The notes under the pieces are model-generated. The model was not told the origin of the DNA and made no database searches. It worked only from the letters and a program-made list of their open reading frames with translations. The position numbers were made by a program, and so were the translations under genes. From sequence record PP712906.1: DNA of 64,000 bases; one strand, 5' to 3'. Of this stretch, positions 18,999-27,435 are shown piece after piece. Positions within the stretch are counted from its first letter, which is position 1. Each line of letters begins with the position of its first letter.

Positions 18999-20543
18999 AT
19001 GAACCTAACTGAAAAATGGAAAGACTTGCTTGAAGCAGAAGGTGCGGATATGCCAGAGATTGCAACTGCAACTAAGCAAAAAATCATGTCGAAAATCTTT
19101 GAAAACCAAGATCGCGACATCAACAACGATCCGATGTATCGTGACCCGCAACTAGTTGAAGCATTCAACGCTGGTCTTAACGAAGCTGTAGTTAACGGCG
19201 ACCACGGTTACGATCCTGCGAATATCGCACAAGGCGTTACTACTGGTGCAGTAACTAACATCGGCCCTACCGTAATGGGTATGGTACGTCGTGCTATTCC
19301 ACAGCTTATCGCTTTCGATATTGCTGGTGTTCAGCCAATGACTGGTCCAACTAGCCAAGTATTCACACTTCGCTCAGTATACGGTAAAGATCCTCTAACT
19401 GGCGCAGAAGCATTCCATCCGACTCGTCAAGCTGACGCTTCGTTCTCTGGTCAGGCTGCTGCATCGACAATTGCAGACTTCCCAACTACTGGTGCTGCAA
19501 CTGACGGTACTCCGTACAAAGCTGAAGTAACTACTTCTGGTGGCGACGTTTCAATGCGTTACTTCCTAGCACTAGGCGCTGTTACTCTAGCAGTAGCTGG
19601 TGAAATGACTGCAACTGAATACACTGACGGTGTTGCGGGTGGTCTGCTTGTTGAAATCGACGCTGGTATGGCAACTTCTCAGGCTGAACTACAAGAGAAC
19701 TTCAACGGTTCAAGCAACAACGAGTGGAACGAAATGTCATTCCGCATCGACAAACAAGTTGTTGAAGCGAAATCTCGTCAATTGAAAGCTCAATACTCAA
19801 TCGAGCTTGCGCAAGACCTACGTGCTGTACACGGTCTAGACGCTGACGCTGAACTGAGCGGTATCCTAGCTAACGAAGTAATGGTTGAACTGAACCGTGA
19901 AATCGTTAACCTAGTTAACTCTCAAGCTCAAATCGGTAAGTCTGGCTGGACTCAAGGCGCAGGTGCTGCTGGTGTGTTTGACTTCTCAGACGCAGTAGAC
20001 GTGAAAGGCGCTCGTTGGGCTGGTGAAGCTTACAAAGCTCTATTGATCCAAATCGAAAAAGAAGCGAACGAAATCGGTCGTCAAACTGGTCGTGGTAACG
20101 GTAACTTCATCATTGCATCACGCAACGTAGTTTCTGCACTATCAATGACTGATACTCTTGTTGGCCCTGCTGCACAAGGTATGCAAGACGGTTCAATGAA
20201 CACTGACACTAACCAAACTGTGTTCGCGGGTGTTCTAGGTGGTCGCTTCAAAGTGTACATCGACCAATACGCAGTGAACGATTACTTCACAGTTGGTTTC
20301 AAAGGTTCTACTGAAATGGACGCTGGTGTGTTCTACTCACCTTACGTACCGCTGACTCCACTACGTGGTTCAGACAGCAAGAACTTCCAACCAGTAATCG
20401 GGTTCAAGACTCGTTACGGTGTGCAAGTTAACCCATTCGCAGATCCAACTGCTTCGGCAACTAAAGTTGGCAACGGTGCTCCAATCGCTGCATCAATGGG
20501 CAAAAACGCTTACTTCCGTCGCGTATTCGTTAAGGGTCTGTAA
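18999..20543 (+). CDS. 23: Major capsid protein gp23 (514 aa)
   Basis: GMVRRAIPQLIAFDIAGVQPMTGPTSQVF...IDKQVVEAKSRQLKAQYSIELAQDLRAVHGLDADAEL...QPVIGFKTRYG. Confidence 0.99.
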   Translation: MNLTEKWKDLLEAEGADMPEIATATKQKIMSKIFENQDRDINNDPMYRDPQLVEAFNAGLNEAVVNGDHGYDPANIAQGVTTGAVTNIGPTVMGMVRRAIPQLIAFDIAGVQPMTGPTSQVFTLRSVYGKDPLTGAEAFHPTRQADASFSGQAAASTIADFPTTGAATDGTPYKAEVTTSGGDVSMRYFLALGAVTLAVAGEMTATEYTDGVAGGLLVEIDAGMATSQAELQENFNGSSNNEWNEMSFRIDKQVVEAKSRQLKAQYSIELAQDLRAVHGLDADAELSGILANEVMVELNREIVNLVNSQAQIGKSGWTQGAGAAGVFDFSDAVDVKGARWAGEAYKALLIQIEKEANEIGRQTGRGNGNFIIASRNVVSALSMTDTLVGPAAQGMQDGSMNTDTNQTVFAGVLGGRFKVYIDQYAVNDYFTVGFKGSTEMDAGVFYSPYVPLTPLRGSDSKNFQPVIGFKTRYGVQVNPFADPTASATKVGNGAPIAASMGKNAYFRRVFVKGL

Positions 20544-20568
20544 TAGACTCTTAATTGAAACAGACAAC

Positions 20569-20594
20569 AAAGGGACTCTTCGGAGTCCCTTTTT
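20569..20594. terminator. Bidirectional terminator between 23 and cca
   Basis: AAAGGGACTC-TTCG-GAGTCCCTTTTT (C(UUCG)G tetraloop). Confidence 0.92.
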
Positions 20595-20598
20595 GCGT

Positions 20599-21696
20599 TT
20601 ATAGACTATGCAAATAATTGTAGGCGATACTGACTCGCTTATCTTCTAGTGCTTCGCCGTATGCAGGTCCCGGTTCAACGTCAACTTTGACATTTCGAGT
20701 TAGTTCAATTAACTCAATAAGCATTTTACGCTTCACTTCATCTTTTACTTGCGATAATGCAACTTCGAACGGTAGACCTTCTTTGTATGCACCTAGTTTA
20801 CGTAAAACAATGACAATCGTTTCATCAAATGCATTAGCAACGTTTAGACTCATCAAGATCTCAGATGCTTTATCAAATTGCTTAGTCGCACCGAATTTTC
20901 GAGTGTAACGATTACGATGGTCGAATGATGCCCATTTAGCAATTAGCTGCACGTCTTCACACTTGAAAGGCATACGATTGTAGAACTTCAATTCAAGCAA
21001 TTCACGGGCGCTTGGTACTGCACAGAACCCAATTTGACCTAAAAATGCGAAGTACATGTGCGCGTCTTTCTCAGACAGTGCTTTTTGAGTCTCTAGCCAC
21101 ACACGTTCTTTAGGTAGATTCTCAAGCATGCCGTCATTGATCATCTTCTTGCATAGCTCAATCGTTTCTTCTGCGACTGTAAATCCCATACTGTAGTAAC
21201 GAGCATAGAAACGAGCAACACGCAGAACACGCAATGGATCTTCAGCAAATGCTTCAGTCGTGTGGCGAAGAATCTTATTTTTCAAGTCGTCTAGACCCCC
21301 GTACGGGTCGATGACATCATCAGTCGAGCCCCACATAAACAGACTATTTGGTGTCATGTCTGGTATAGCCATTGAGTTGATAGTCAGATCTCGACGAGAT
21401 AAGTCGTCTTCTAACGTAACACCGTCAGTCGTGAAAGTGAAGTCAGTAGTTTTACCGCCAGTGCTACGCTCTACACGAGCAAGCGCGACTTCATTACCGT
21501 CTTTATCAAGCCAAACAGGGAAATCAGCGCCGATTGGTTCACCGTACATAGCCATCATTTGCTCATGCGTACAACCGGTTACGACGTAATCAATGTCTTT
21601 CGGGAATCTAGACCAACCCTCGACATGTTTCAGAATAGAGTCGCGTACTGCGCCACCGACAATGTATTTTTTCATCAAGTTAAGATTCGCTTTCAT
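20599..21696 (-). CDS. cca: Class II tRNA nucleotidyltransferase (CCA-adding enzyme)
   Basis: YIVGGAVRD...KDIDYVV, DFPV, EVALARVER, DLSRRDLTINSMA, DPYGGLDDL, AFAEDPLRVLRVARF. Confidence 0.93.
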   Translation of the reverse strand: MKANLNLMKKYIVGGAVRDSILKHVEGWSRFPKDIDYVVTGCTHEQMMAMYGEPIGADFPVWLDKDGNEVALARVERSTGGKTTDFTFTTDGVTLEDDLSRRDLTINSMAIPDMTPNSLFMWGSTDDVIDPYGGLDDLKNKILRHTTEAFAEDPLRVLRVARFYARYYSMGFTVAEETIELCKKMINDGMLENLPKERVWLETQKALSEKDAHMYFAFLGQIGFCAVPSARELLELKFYNRMPFKCEDVQLIAKWASFDHRNRYTRKFGATKQFDKASEILMSLNVANAFDETIVIVLRKLGAYKEGLPFEVALSQVKDEVKRKMLIELIELTRNVKVDVEPGPAYGEALEDKRVSIAYNYLHSL

Positions 21697-21718
21697 TGTG
21701 TTCTCCTTTTGAACCTAT

Positions 21719-21747
21719 ACAGTACATGACTAAATAATATAAGTCAA
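21719..21747 (-). promoter_or_regulatory. sigma70-type early promoter for cca
   Basis: Minus strand TTGACT-17 nt-TACTGT. Confidence 0.6.
21729..21736 (+). promoter_or_regulatory. Late promoter variant ACTAAATA inside the spacer of the divergent cca promoter
   Basis: CTAAATA core, upstream of the 21768 and 22119 genes. Confidence 0.5.
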
Positions 21748-21767
21748 CCAGATTTATGGGAAGATTT

Positions 21768-22109
21768 ATGGAATACACAAAATACGAGATTCAGAAATAT
21801 CGTAGTCGTCGAAGTCATGGCATCAATCTGCCAGATTACAACGGAGCGATATACATCGACTTGCCAAGTAGCCCGTGTGGGTCTGATAGCAATTACTTTG
21901 CTGTACTGAACAGCGAAGAGCAAATCGCAGTTGAGATTGCATTTGGTGGGTATTACAACGAAACTGAGGGTGATAGAGACCCTATACCAGAAGATACCGA
22001 TTTTCATTTGATTGGTTCTCAGGGTCATTATGAAGCTCAGGGGCGAATGTTTAATAGCAACTTGCGCGTATGGCTGCGAGGGGCAGGTAAAATCACTATA
22101 ATTTACTAA
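21768..22109 (+). CDS. Hypothetical protein (113 aa; alternative start 21756)
   Basis: ORF with a GGGAAG site before 21768. No family recognised. Confidence 0.65.
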   Translation: MEYTKYEIQKYRSRRSHGINLPDYNGAIYIDLPSSPCGSDSNYFAVLNSEEQIAVEIAFGGYYNETEGDRDPIPEDTDFHLIGSQGHYEAQGRMFNSNLRVWLRGAGKITIIY

Positions 22110-22118
22110 GGGAATACT

Positions 22119-23573
22119 ATGTCAAGTATTAATATACCTGGCTTCGGCTACTCGGCTGTACCTGAATCGCCAAACGATGGGCAGCTATACGGTAGACGAA
22201 ATGCCACATGGGAGTTAATTTCTCTCTCAGACGGTGTGCTAGAAGCACCCGCCGACGGACAAGAATATGTTCGAAAAGATTATCAATGGGTTTTGCCAAA
22301 TTACCCAACTTATAACGCAAGTAATATTAGCCTAACGTCGTCGTTATTCGCGTCAACGAATGTTCACGATGCGCTTGAGGAACTTTACTACGAAAACCCA
22401 CTCAATGTCGTGCTTGTTCGCAGCGAAGATGACCTGCCAGCACCGCAACTTATCAATGGTGTGTTGACGCACAAACTCGAAGAAAAGGAATATGTCATTG
22501 ATGGTAATGTTACGATTGCCAATTCACTAGGGTTTCCGGGAGCGGGGATCAGTGCAACGATTAAAGCGATAAACCGTTCAGTGTTGACTTATACTGGAAC
22601 CGATGCCATGTTCTACGATCAAGGTGCACAGGGTAGTATTGAAATCGCTGGCCAAACTGAGTTTCAAGCGCCGAATGGTGACATGTTCAATTTGATTTCT
22701 GGTGCAGGTGGTTTCTCATTTCAGTCACGATATGCTGACCGCTTCATTAACTGTGATCGTATAGGTGAAGTTTACTGCGGTGGATTATCTACGATTGTGT
22801 TCAATAACGGTACATTCAGAAACTTCAATCAAGGACTTGTTGTTCACGACCCGGGCTTTTTTGAAGTAAATACGTTCTTCGTATTCGGTAATAACCAAGC
22901 TGGATGCACATATTTCACATTACAAGGGACATCATCAACTGGCTCGATTAACATCGACACAGTGACATGTTCTATCGGGACAAATGAGACAATTTTCAAT
23001 TTCAACCCGAATATTCAGGCAACGATTGATACGATCAACGTTCGAAACTGTAGTCTTCGTGGACCACTGAACGGTACGCTATTTGCACCGGGAAGCTTGA
23101 CACCGCGTGATTTCAAATTTGAAAGTCTTGGTAACACTCTTATCCCAAATACGGTTCAGGGTGGTTTATTGTCACTATCTGGCAATGCGACCCCAACTGT
23201 AGTCGGTGCAGTAAATACTCCAACACTTGCGGCAGGTACATGGGTTGTTCAAGAAACATCACATTTCATAGGTTCAACGGGAGGTCGTTTGACTTCTCAA
23301 GTAATCAGAGATATTTCGACTAGTATTGATGCGTCAATTACGGTTGAGCCATCATCGGGTCAGGGTATTGTAATTCGCGCATACTTAGCTAAAAACGGCG
23401 TTCCAATTGCCGCTAGTGCGAAAACAACGACGGCTGATAGTGGCAGAGAGGGCTTCTTGTCATTGACATGGCAAATGGACATATCTAAAGACGATTATAT
23501 CGAGTTATTTGTTGAAAACCGTTCTGGTTCAACGTCGATCATTGTCACAGATGCTGCGTTACGCATCCCGTAA
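22119..23573 (+). CDS. Putative fibre or decoration protein with two N-terminal foldon-like motifs and a beta-helix-like body (484 aa)
   Basis: VPESPNDGQLYGRRNATW and VLEAPADGQEYVRKDYQWVL versus the T4 foldon [21 protein letters not shown]. The rest is rich in Gly, Asn, Thr and Phe. Confidence 0.75.
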   Translation: MSSINIPGFGYSAVPESPNDGQLYGRRNATWELISLSDGVLEAPADGQEYVRKDYQWVLPNYPTYNASNISLTSSLFASTNVHDALEELYYENPLNVVLVRSEDDLPAPQLINGVLTHKLEEKEYVIDGNVTIANSLGFPGAGISATIKAINRSVLTYTGTDAMFYDQGAQGSIEIAGQTEFQAPNGDMFNLISGAGGFSFQSRYADRFINCDRIGEVYCGGLSTIVFNNGTFRNFNQGLVVHDPGFFEVNTFFVFGNNQAGCTYFTLQGTSSTGSINIDTVTCSIGTNETIFNFNPNIQATIDTINVRNCSLRGPLNGTLFAPGSLTPRDFKFESLGNTLIPNTVQGGLLSLSGNATPTVVGAVNTPTLAAGTWVVQETSHFIGSTGGRLTSQVIRDISTSIDASITVEPSSGQGIVIRAYLAKNGVPIAASAKTTTADSGREGFLSLTWQMDISKDDYIELFVENRSGSTSIIVTDAALRIP

Positions 23574-23579
23574 TAAATA
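23572..23579 (+). promoter_or_regulatory. Late promoter variant AATAAATA
   Basis: One mismatch to consensus, 30 nt before the inh-like gene. Confidence 0.55.
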
Positions 23580-23609
23580 TAATTGAATGAATAAATTTGG
23601 AGATTCACA

Positions 23610-24101
23610 ATGAGTCAATTGAAAACACACGCAGATTCACTAACTAAAGCCGAACTAGATGAGTTTGCACAAGAATATTACGGCATCGAGCTTGATCGTC
23701 GTAAATCAAAAGGCGCTATGACTAAAGCTCTTCTTGAAGGCGCTGAAGGTAAAACTCCGCTGAAGCAACTTCCATGGGAAGAACTTCTTCTTGAAGAAAC
23801 ACCTGAGCCAGTCGTAGAGACGAAAGTCAAAGAAGAATCCGAAGCTGTTAAAGTTGAGCTTCCGAAAGATGATTCTTTCGAGCCTCTACCACTACCTTTC
23901 AAACGCGGTCATGAACGTTTCATGATTGCGTCTGATTCTGCCGTTGAATCGGCAAAGGGAATTGTTGCAGGTAAAGCCTCGCTTGACGATGTGCTTGCAT
24001 CAGATCTTCGCGTAGTTAAATCAATCTTGCATTATGTCGAGCAAGACGGCAAGGTGCTAGTGCGTGAAACTCGCAATAGTCAATTCATCACAATTAAATA
24101 G
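23610..24101 (+). CDS. inh: Inh-family inhibitor of prohead protease, copy A
   Basis: ELDEFAQEYYGIELDRRKS and C-terminal LHYVEQDGKVLVRETRNSQFITIK, close to T4 Inh YYINRDGSVLIRETRNSSFVTLK. Confidence 0.8.
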   Translation: MSQLKTHADSLTKAELDEFAQEYYGIELDRRKSKGAMTKALLEGAEGKTPLKQLPWEELLLEETPEPVVETKVKEESEAVKVELPKDDSFEPLPLPFKRGHERFMIASDSAVESAKGIVAGKASLDDVLASDLRVVKSILHYVEQDGKVLVRETRNSQFITIK

Positions 24102-24109
24102 GAACTGAA

Positions 24110-24442
24110 ATGACAACACCAATCAATACTGATATGAACCTTGCAGTCGAACTTGATGATTTGACTGTAGCAGCGGCAATCGCTGCGAAAAGTGGGTACG
24201 ATGATGTGACAACTTCCGCGCTAAATCACGCGGGTGAGTCATACATCATTGTAGACAAGCAAACTTATGAAGAGCTTAAAGCTGCGATTGAGACTGCTAG
24301 TCCGCTGAGTTCAATTACTGGTCTTTCTCAAGAGTGCATTGACATTCTAGCAGGAGCAGTTGATTCAGCAACGACACTTTGCCGCGAACACACTAACAGT
24401 CGATTCTTCCGAATCGCATGGACTGTTACAGTAACGCCATAA
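24110..24442 (+). CDS. Hypothetical protein, possibly a divergent Inh C-terminal-domain paralogue (110 aa)
   Basis: DILAGAVDSATTLCREHTNSRFFRI aligns by eye with SILHYVEQDGKVLVRETRNSQFITI. Confidence 0.6.
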   Translation: MTTPINTDMNLAVELDDLTVAAAIAAKSGYDDVTTSALNHAGESYIIVDKQTYEELKAAIETASPLSSITGLSQECIDILAGAVDSATTLCREHTNSRFFRIAWTVTVTP

Positions 24443-24445
24443 TAG

Positions 24446-24472
24446 AAAAGCCCGCATTTAGCGGGCTTTTTT
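24446..24472. terminator. Bidirectional terminator
   Basis: AAAAGCCCGC-ATTTA-GCGGGCTTTTTT between convergent genes. Confidence 0.9.
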
Positions 24473-24500
24473 GTGTCTACGAGACGCGCTGTAAGCGATT

Positions 24501-25685
24501 CTAAGCGACGAACGCTACGCGCTGTACGATTGTCTGTTTTTCGTCGCGAAACTCGTCGTGAGCTTTTACAGTCGCTTTTACAGTTACTGTAGTGCCGTTC
24601 TCAATCGTTTCGCCGTCTTTGTCACGTAGGCGAGTTGAGCCAAACCACACGATTAGGTTGTTTTGTCCGTCGCGGAAATGATGAATGAACGTGTCGCCAT
24701 AGTAGCCTTCAGATACGATGACTTTTTCAAGTGTCACATTGAAGTTTTCACGTTTTTTGATAGTACCGACGTGCTCAGATTCTGGTAACTCTGCTTTACG
24801 TTCAGCTTCGCGTTTAGCTAGAATCTCACGCTCTTTTGCTTTGTTAAAAGCCAAGATAGCTGCTGCAATGTAACCAGTTTGCTTGTACTCGATGAATGGA
24901 GCAGCACATGACGCGATAACATTGTGCATGAAATCGTTCGTCGCTTCTTGAGTTGCAACCCATTCTAAGATCTCTTTTGCTTGCTCTTCACACTTATCGT
25001 AATCGTATTCAGCAAGCATTGCATCACGCTCTTCACGCAGTGCTGGTGAACCAACATTAATCATGTCGATAACCCACTGACGAGTCACGCCACCACCATG
25101 GTAACAGCCTTTGTGCTTAACATACATAGCAGCCCATGTAACAATCTGAAGTGCGTTGTATGAGATTTTACGAGAACCACCACCCCATGACTCTTCATCG
25201 CCGAAATCAGCGATTGCAGTGTAGAACGTAGCTAGTGAGTCGATAGATTTAGTTGGTAGGTAGTATTTCAAGCATGAACCACCGACGCGCATTTCTTCTT
25301 TCGTATCTTCATTTTGAATGACGTAAGTTACATTACGCTGACGCTTAGAGTTGCAGTGATCGCAAGTTGTGTCACCTAGAAGATGACGATGATTAGTCTC
25401 GTTGTTAGAGCGAACAAGATTTGTTGCGTGGTCAAGTTGAGTCAAGAAAGACCAACCTTTAGTTGACGGGTATTCACCGCGAATAGTAACATCAACGTAA
25501 TATTCACGATATTTTTGATGATTGATTATAATGACTTCTGAGTACACTTCACCGAACTCAAATGTGATTTCAGCAACACCAAGACGTTTTGCAATCTTGT
25601 TAGTAGATGCAACACGCGCTTCGAACTCGCTCATGTAGATTGATTTGATTGTGTAAGTGTTTTCGAATTTGTTTAGTGAAGTCAT
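24501..25685 (-). CDS. Conserved phage early protein with a CxxC...C zinc site and a C-terminal OB-fold-like domain (394 aa)
   Basis: TCDHCNSKRQR...VGGSCL. C-terminus HVGTIKKRENFNVTL...HHFRDGQNNLIVWF...VTVKATVKAH. Confidence 0.75.
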   Translation of the reverse strand: MTSLNKFENTYTIKSIYMSEFEARVASTNKIAKRLGVAEITFEFGEVYSEVIIINHQKYREYYVDVTIRGEYPSTKGWSFLTQLDHATNLVRSNNETNHRHLLGDTTCDHCNSKRQRNVTYVIQNEDTKEEMRVGGSCLKYYLPTKSIDSLATFYTAIADFGDEESWGGGSRKISYNALQIVTWAAMYVKHKGCYHGGGVTRQWVIDMINVGSPALREERDAMLAEYDYDKCEEQAKEILEWVATQEATNDFMHNVIASCAAPFIEYKQTGYIAAAILAFNKAKEREILAKREAERKAELPESEHVGTIKKRENFNVTLEKVIVSEGYYGDTFIHHFRDGQNNLIVWFGSTRLRDKDGETIENGTTVTVKATVKAHDEFRDEKQTIVQRVAFVA

Positions 25686-25727
25686 AATATTCTCTCTTGT
25701 TGTGGACGATTCGTTTCGTTGATAGAG

Positions 25728-25756
25728 ATATTACGGCTTTTTGGTGTAGTCGTCAA
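25728..25756 (-). promoter_or_regulatory. sigma70-type early promoter
   Basis: Minus strand TTGACG-17 nt-TAATAT, then the leader ...AGAGAGAATATTATG. Confidence 0.75.
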
Positions 25757-25767
25757 CCAATAGATAC

Positions 25768-25792
25768 AAAAAAAGCGCAAAAATGCGCTTTT
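25768..25792 (-). terminator. Terminator after the 25795 gene
   Basis: AAAAGCGCA-AAAA-TGCGCTTTT with a 7-A run that is the U-tract on the minus strand. Confidence 0.8.
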
Positions 25793-25794
25793 CT

Positions 25795-26757
25795 TTATTT
25801 GTCGAGCATGAATATTGTCACATCATCTTGAGATTCAAACGATGGTTTGTAACCGTATTGCGGTCCAAGACGATTGAATAAACGCTTGTACAGACTGATT
25901 CGTTTCTCGTTTTCATCTTTGATTGATGTTGCAATTGTCTCACAGTTGTATTTCTTAGCAAAGTTCACTGTTTCATTGACTACCGTTGCAAATACTTGCA
26001 TTGGGTTTTCAGAAGCAGTCAGATCATTAGTCCAACCACTCTCACCGCGAACTTGAAAATGCACTTCAACAGCTTTTACAAACTCAGGCGGATTGAAATT
26101 GAAAATCTCATCATTACTACCCCAATCAATGCCTCGCGGTATTAGAATGACGCGATAAACTTGTTTACCTATCTGAAATAGACCCTCAATTGGTTTCTTG
26201 TTACCCACGGGAACGTCGCCTTTCGGGTACATGACTTTAGCGGGCTTGTCAAGTGATTCCGTCAAATTAACCGAAGACAGCCACTCGCGCCATGTCTTTT
26301 TATTTCCGATTTTCGCAAACGGAATATCGTCATGATCTAGCCACTGTGCCGAGCGATCATACGACTGAGAAGTATCAAATCCGCGGTAATCATCGCCAAC
26401 CCATAGCCATTTATGATGCCAGATTTGATTGACTTGACGTGGCTTAGAAACAGCACCGTCTTTGTAAGTGATCATCATACCCGCGGCTGGTTCTTGTACA
26501 GTGTCAAATTCAACTGAGTCATAGAACGCAACGCCACCTTTTTTATAGTCAATTCTGACAATGTTCGGTGTGAATTGCGGATTTGCTATTGATACTTGAG
26601 TACGAACATCAGCAACCATTTGCTTGAACTCGTCAGGAACATAGTCAACGTGAACATATAATGAACCGCCAATGTCTTTACCAACGCCCCATTTGCTGCG
26701 TTTTACTGCACTACCTTTTCGGGTTTTTAATGTAGCGCGTTCAAAAATTATGCTCAT
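25795..26757 (-). CDS. Two-domain late protein (320 aa); N-domain resembles the accessory domain of phosphorothioation-associated putative methyltransferases
   Basis: VGKDIGGSLYVH, FDTVQEP, IWHHKWLWVGDDY, IGNKKTW, then linker NLTE/SLD and a second domain ending RISLYKRL. Confidence 0.7.
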   Translation of the reverse strand: MSIIFERATLKTRKGSAVKRSKWGVGKDIGGSLYVHVDYVPDEFKQMVADVRTQVSIANPQFTPNIVRIDYKKGGVAFYDSVEFDTVQEPAAGMMITYKDGAVSKPRQVNQIWHHKWLWVGDDYRGFDTSQSYDRSAQWLDHDDIPFAKIGNKKTWREWLSSVNLTESLDKPAKVMYPKGDVPVGNKKPIEGLFQIGKQVYRVILIPRGIDWGSNDEIFNFNPPEFVKAVEVHFQVRGESGWTNDLTASENPMQVFATVVNETVNFAKKYNCETIATSIKDENEKRISLYKRLFNRLGPQYGYKPSFESQDDVTIFMLDK

Positions 26758-26759
26758 TA

Positions 26760-27353
26760 TTACCTCGTTGCTGCGTTTGTGATATTTCTGATCATACGCA
26801 CTGCGAATTGAGTGTCGCCTGTCATGGCTGCTGACGCCGCCTTATCAACGTAAAACGTGCTATCTTCGATCATGTTCAAGTGATGATAGATTTCACGAAA
26901 ATCGTGACGGTCGAACTCTTTAGTCGTGAATCGAAGTGCACCTGCTTTCTTGTCATCATCGTGAACACGTTTGTATTCATCAATGACTCGAATCATTTCA
27001 CTAGCGTATTTCTTCATTTCCATGTTATCGAGCTTCAAACGTTTTGCTGCTTGAATTACCTCGTCACGAGGACGCTCAAGTTCAATCGCATCTTTAAGAA
27101 TGTTCAGACTGTGAATGGTATTCACTGCTGCCTTTTCCATTTGTAATTTGTGATCTTCAAGCGTTCGATTGTGCTTTCTCAATTCACCGGTTGCGGTAGC
27201 ACTTGCAATCAAGCCAGCAAAAACGCCCCAGAACCCGCCTTTACGCTGCAAGCGTTTCTTAACTTCGCCTTTCGAACCTGCTGTAATTGCTTGAAATTGC
27301 GCCCATTTTCCGCTTTTTCTTGCTTTATCCATTTCTGTTAAAAATTCAATCAT
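26760..27353 (-). CDS. Late basic helical protein, candidate internal head protein (197 aa)
   Basis: Starts MIEFLTE, directly after a minus-strand late promoter. Confidence 0.7.
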   Translation of the reverse strand: MIEFLTEMDKARKSGKWAQFQAITAGSKGEVKKRLQRKGGFWGVFAGLIASATATGELRKHNRTLEDHKLQMEKAAVNTIHSLNILKDAIELERPRDEVIQAAKRLKLDNMEMKKYASEMIRVIDEYKRVHDDDKKAGALRFTTKEFDRHDFREIYHHLNMIEDSTFYVDKAASAAMTGDTQFAVRMIRNITNAATR

Positions 27354-27378
27354 AGTTTTAACCCCTTATTGTTTACTG

Positions 27379-27386
27379 TATTTAGA
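27379..27386 (-). promoter_or_regulatory. Late promoter variant TCTAAATA (minus strand)
   Basis: Plus strand TATTTAGA, 25 nt upstream of the 27353 start and just after a terminator. Confidence 0.7.
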
Positions 27387-27394
27387 CGTAAACG

Positions 27395-27420
27395 AAAAAA
27401 GGGCGACCGAAGTCACCCTT
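27395..27420 (-). terminator. Terminator after the 27436 gene
   Basis: Minus strand AAGGGTGAC-TTCG-GTCGCCC-TTTTTT. Confidence 0.88.
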
Positions 27421-27435
27421 TAACAGTTGGTTAAA

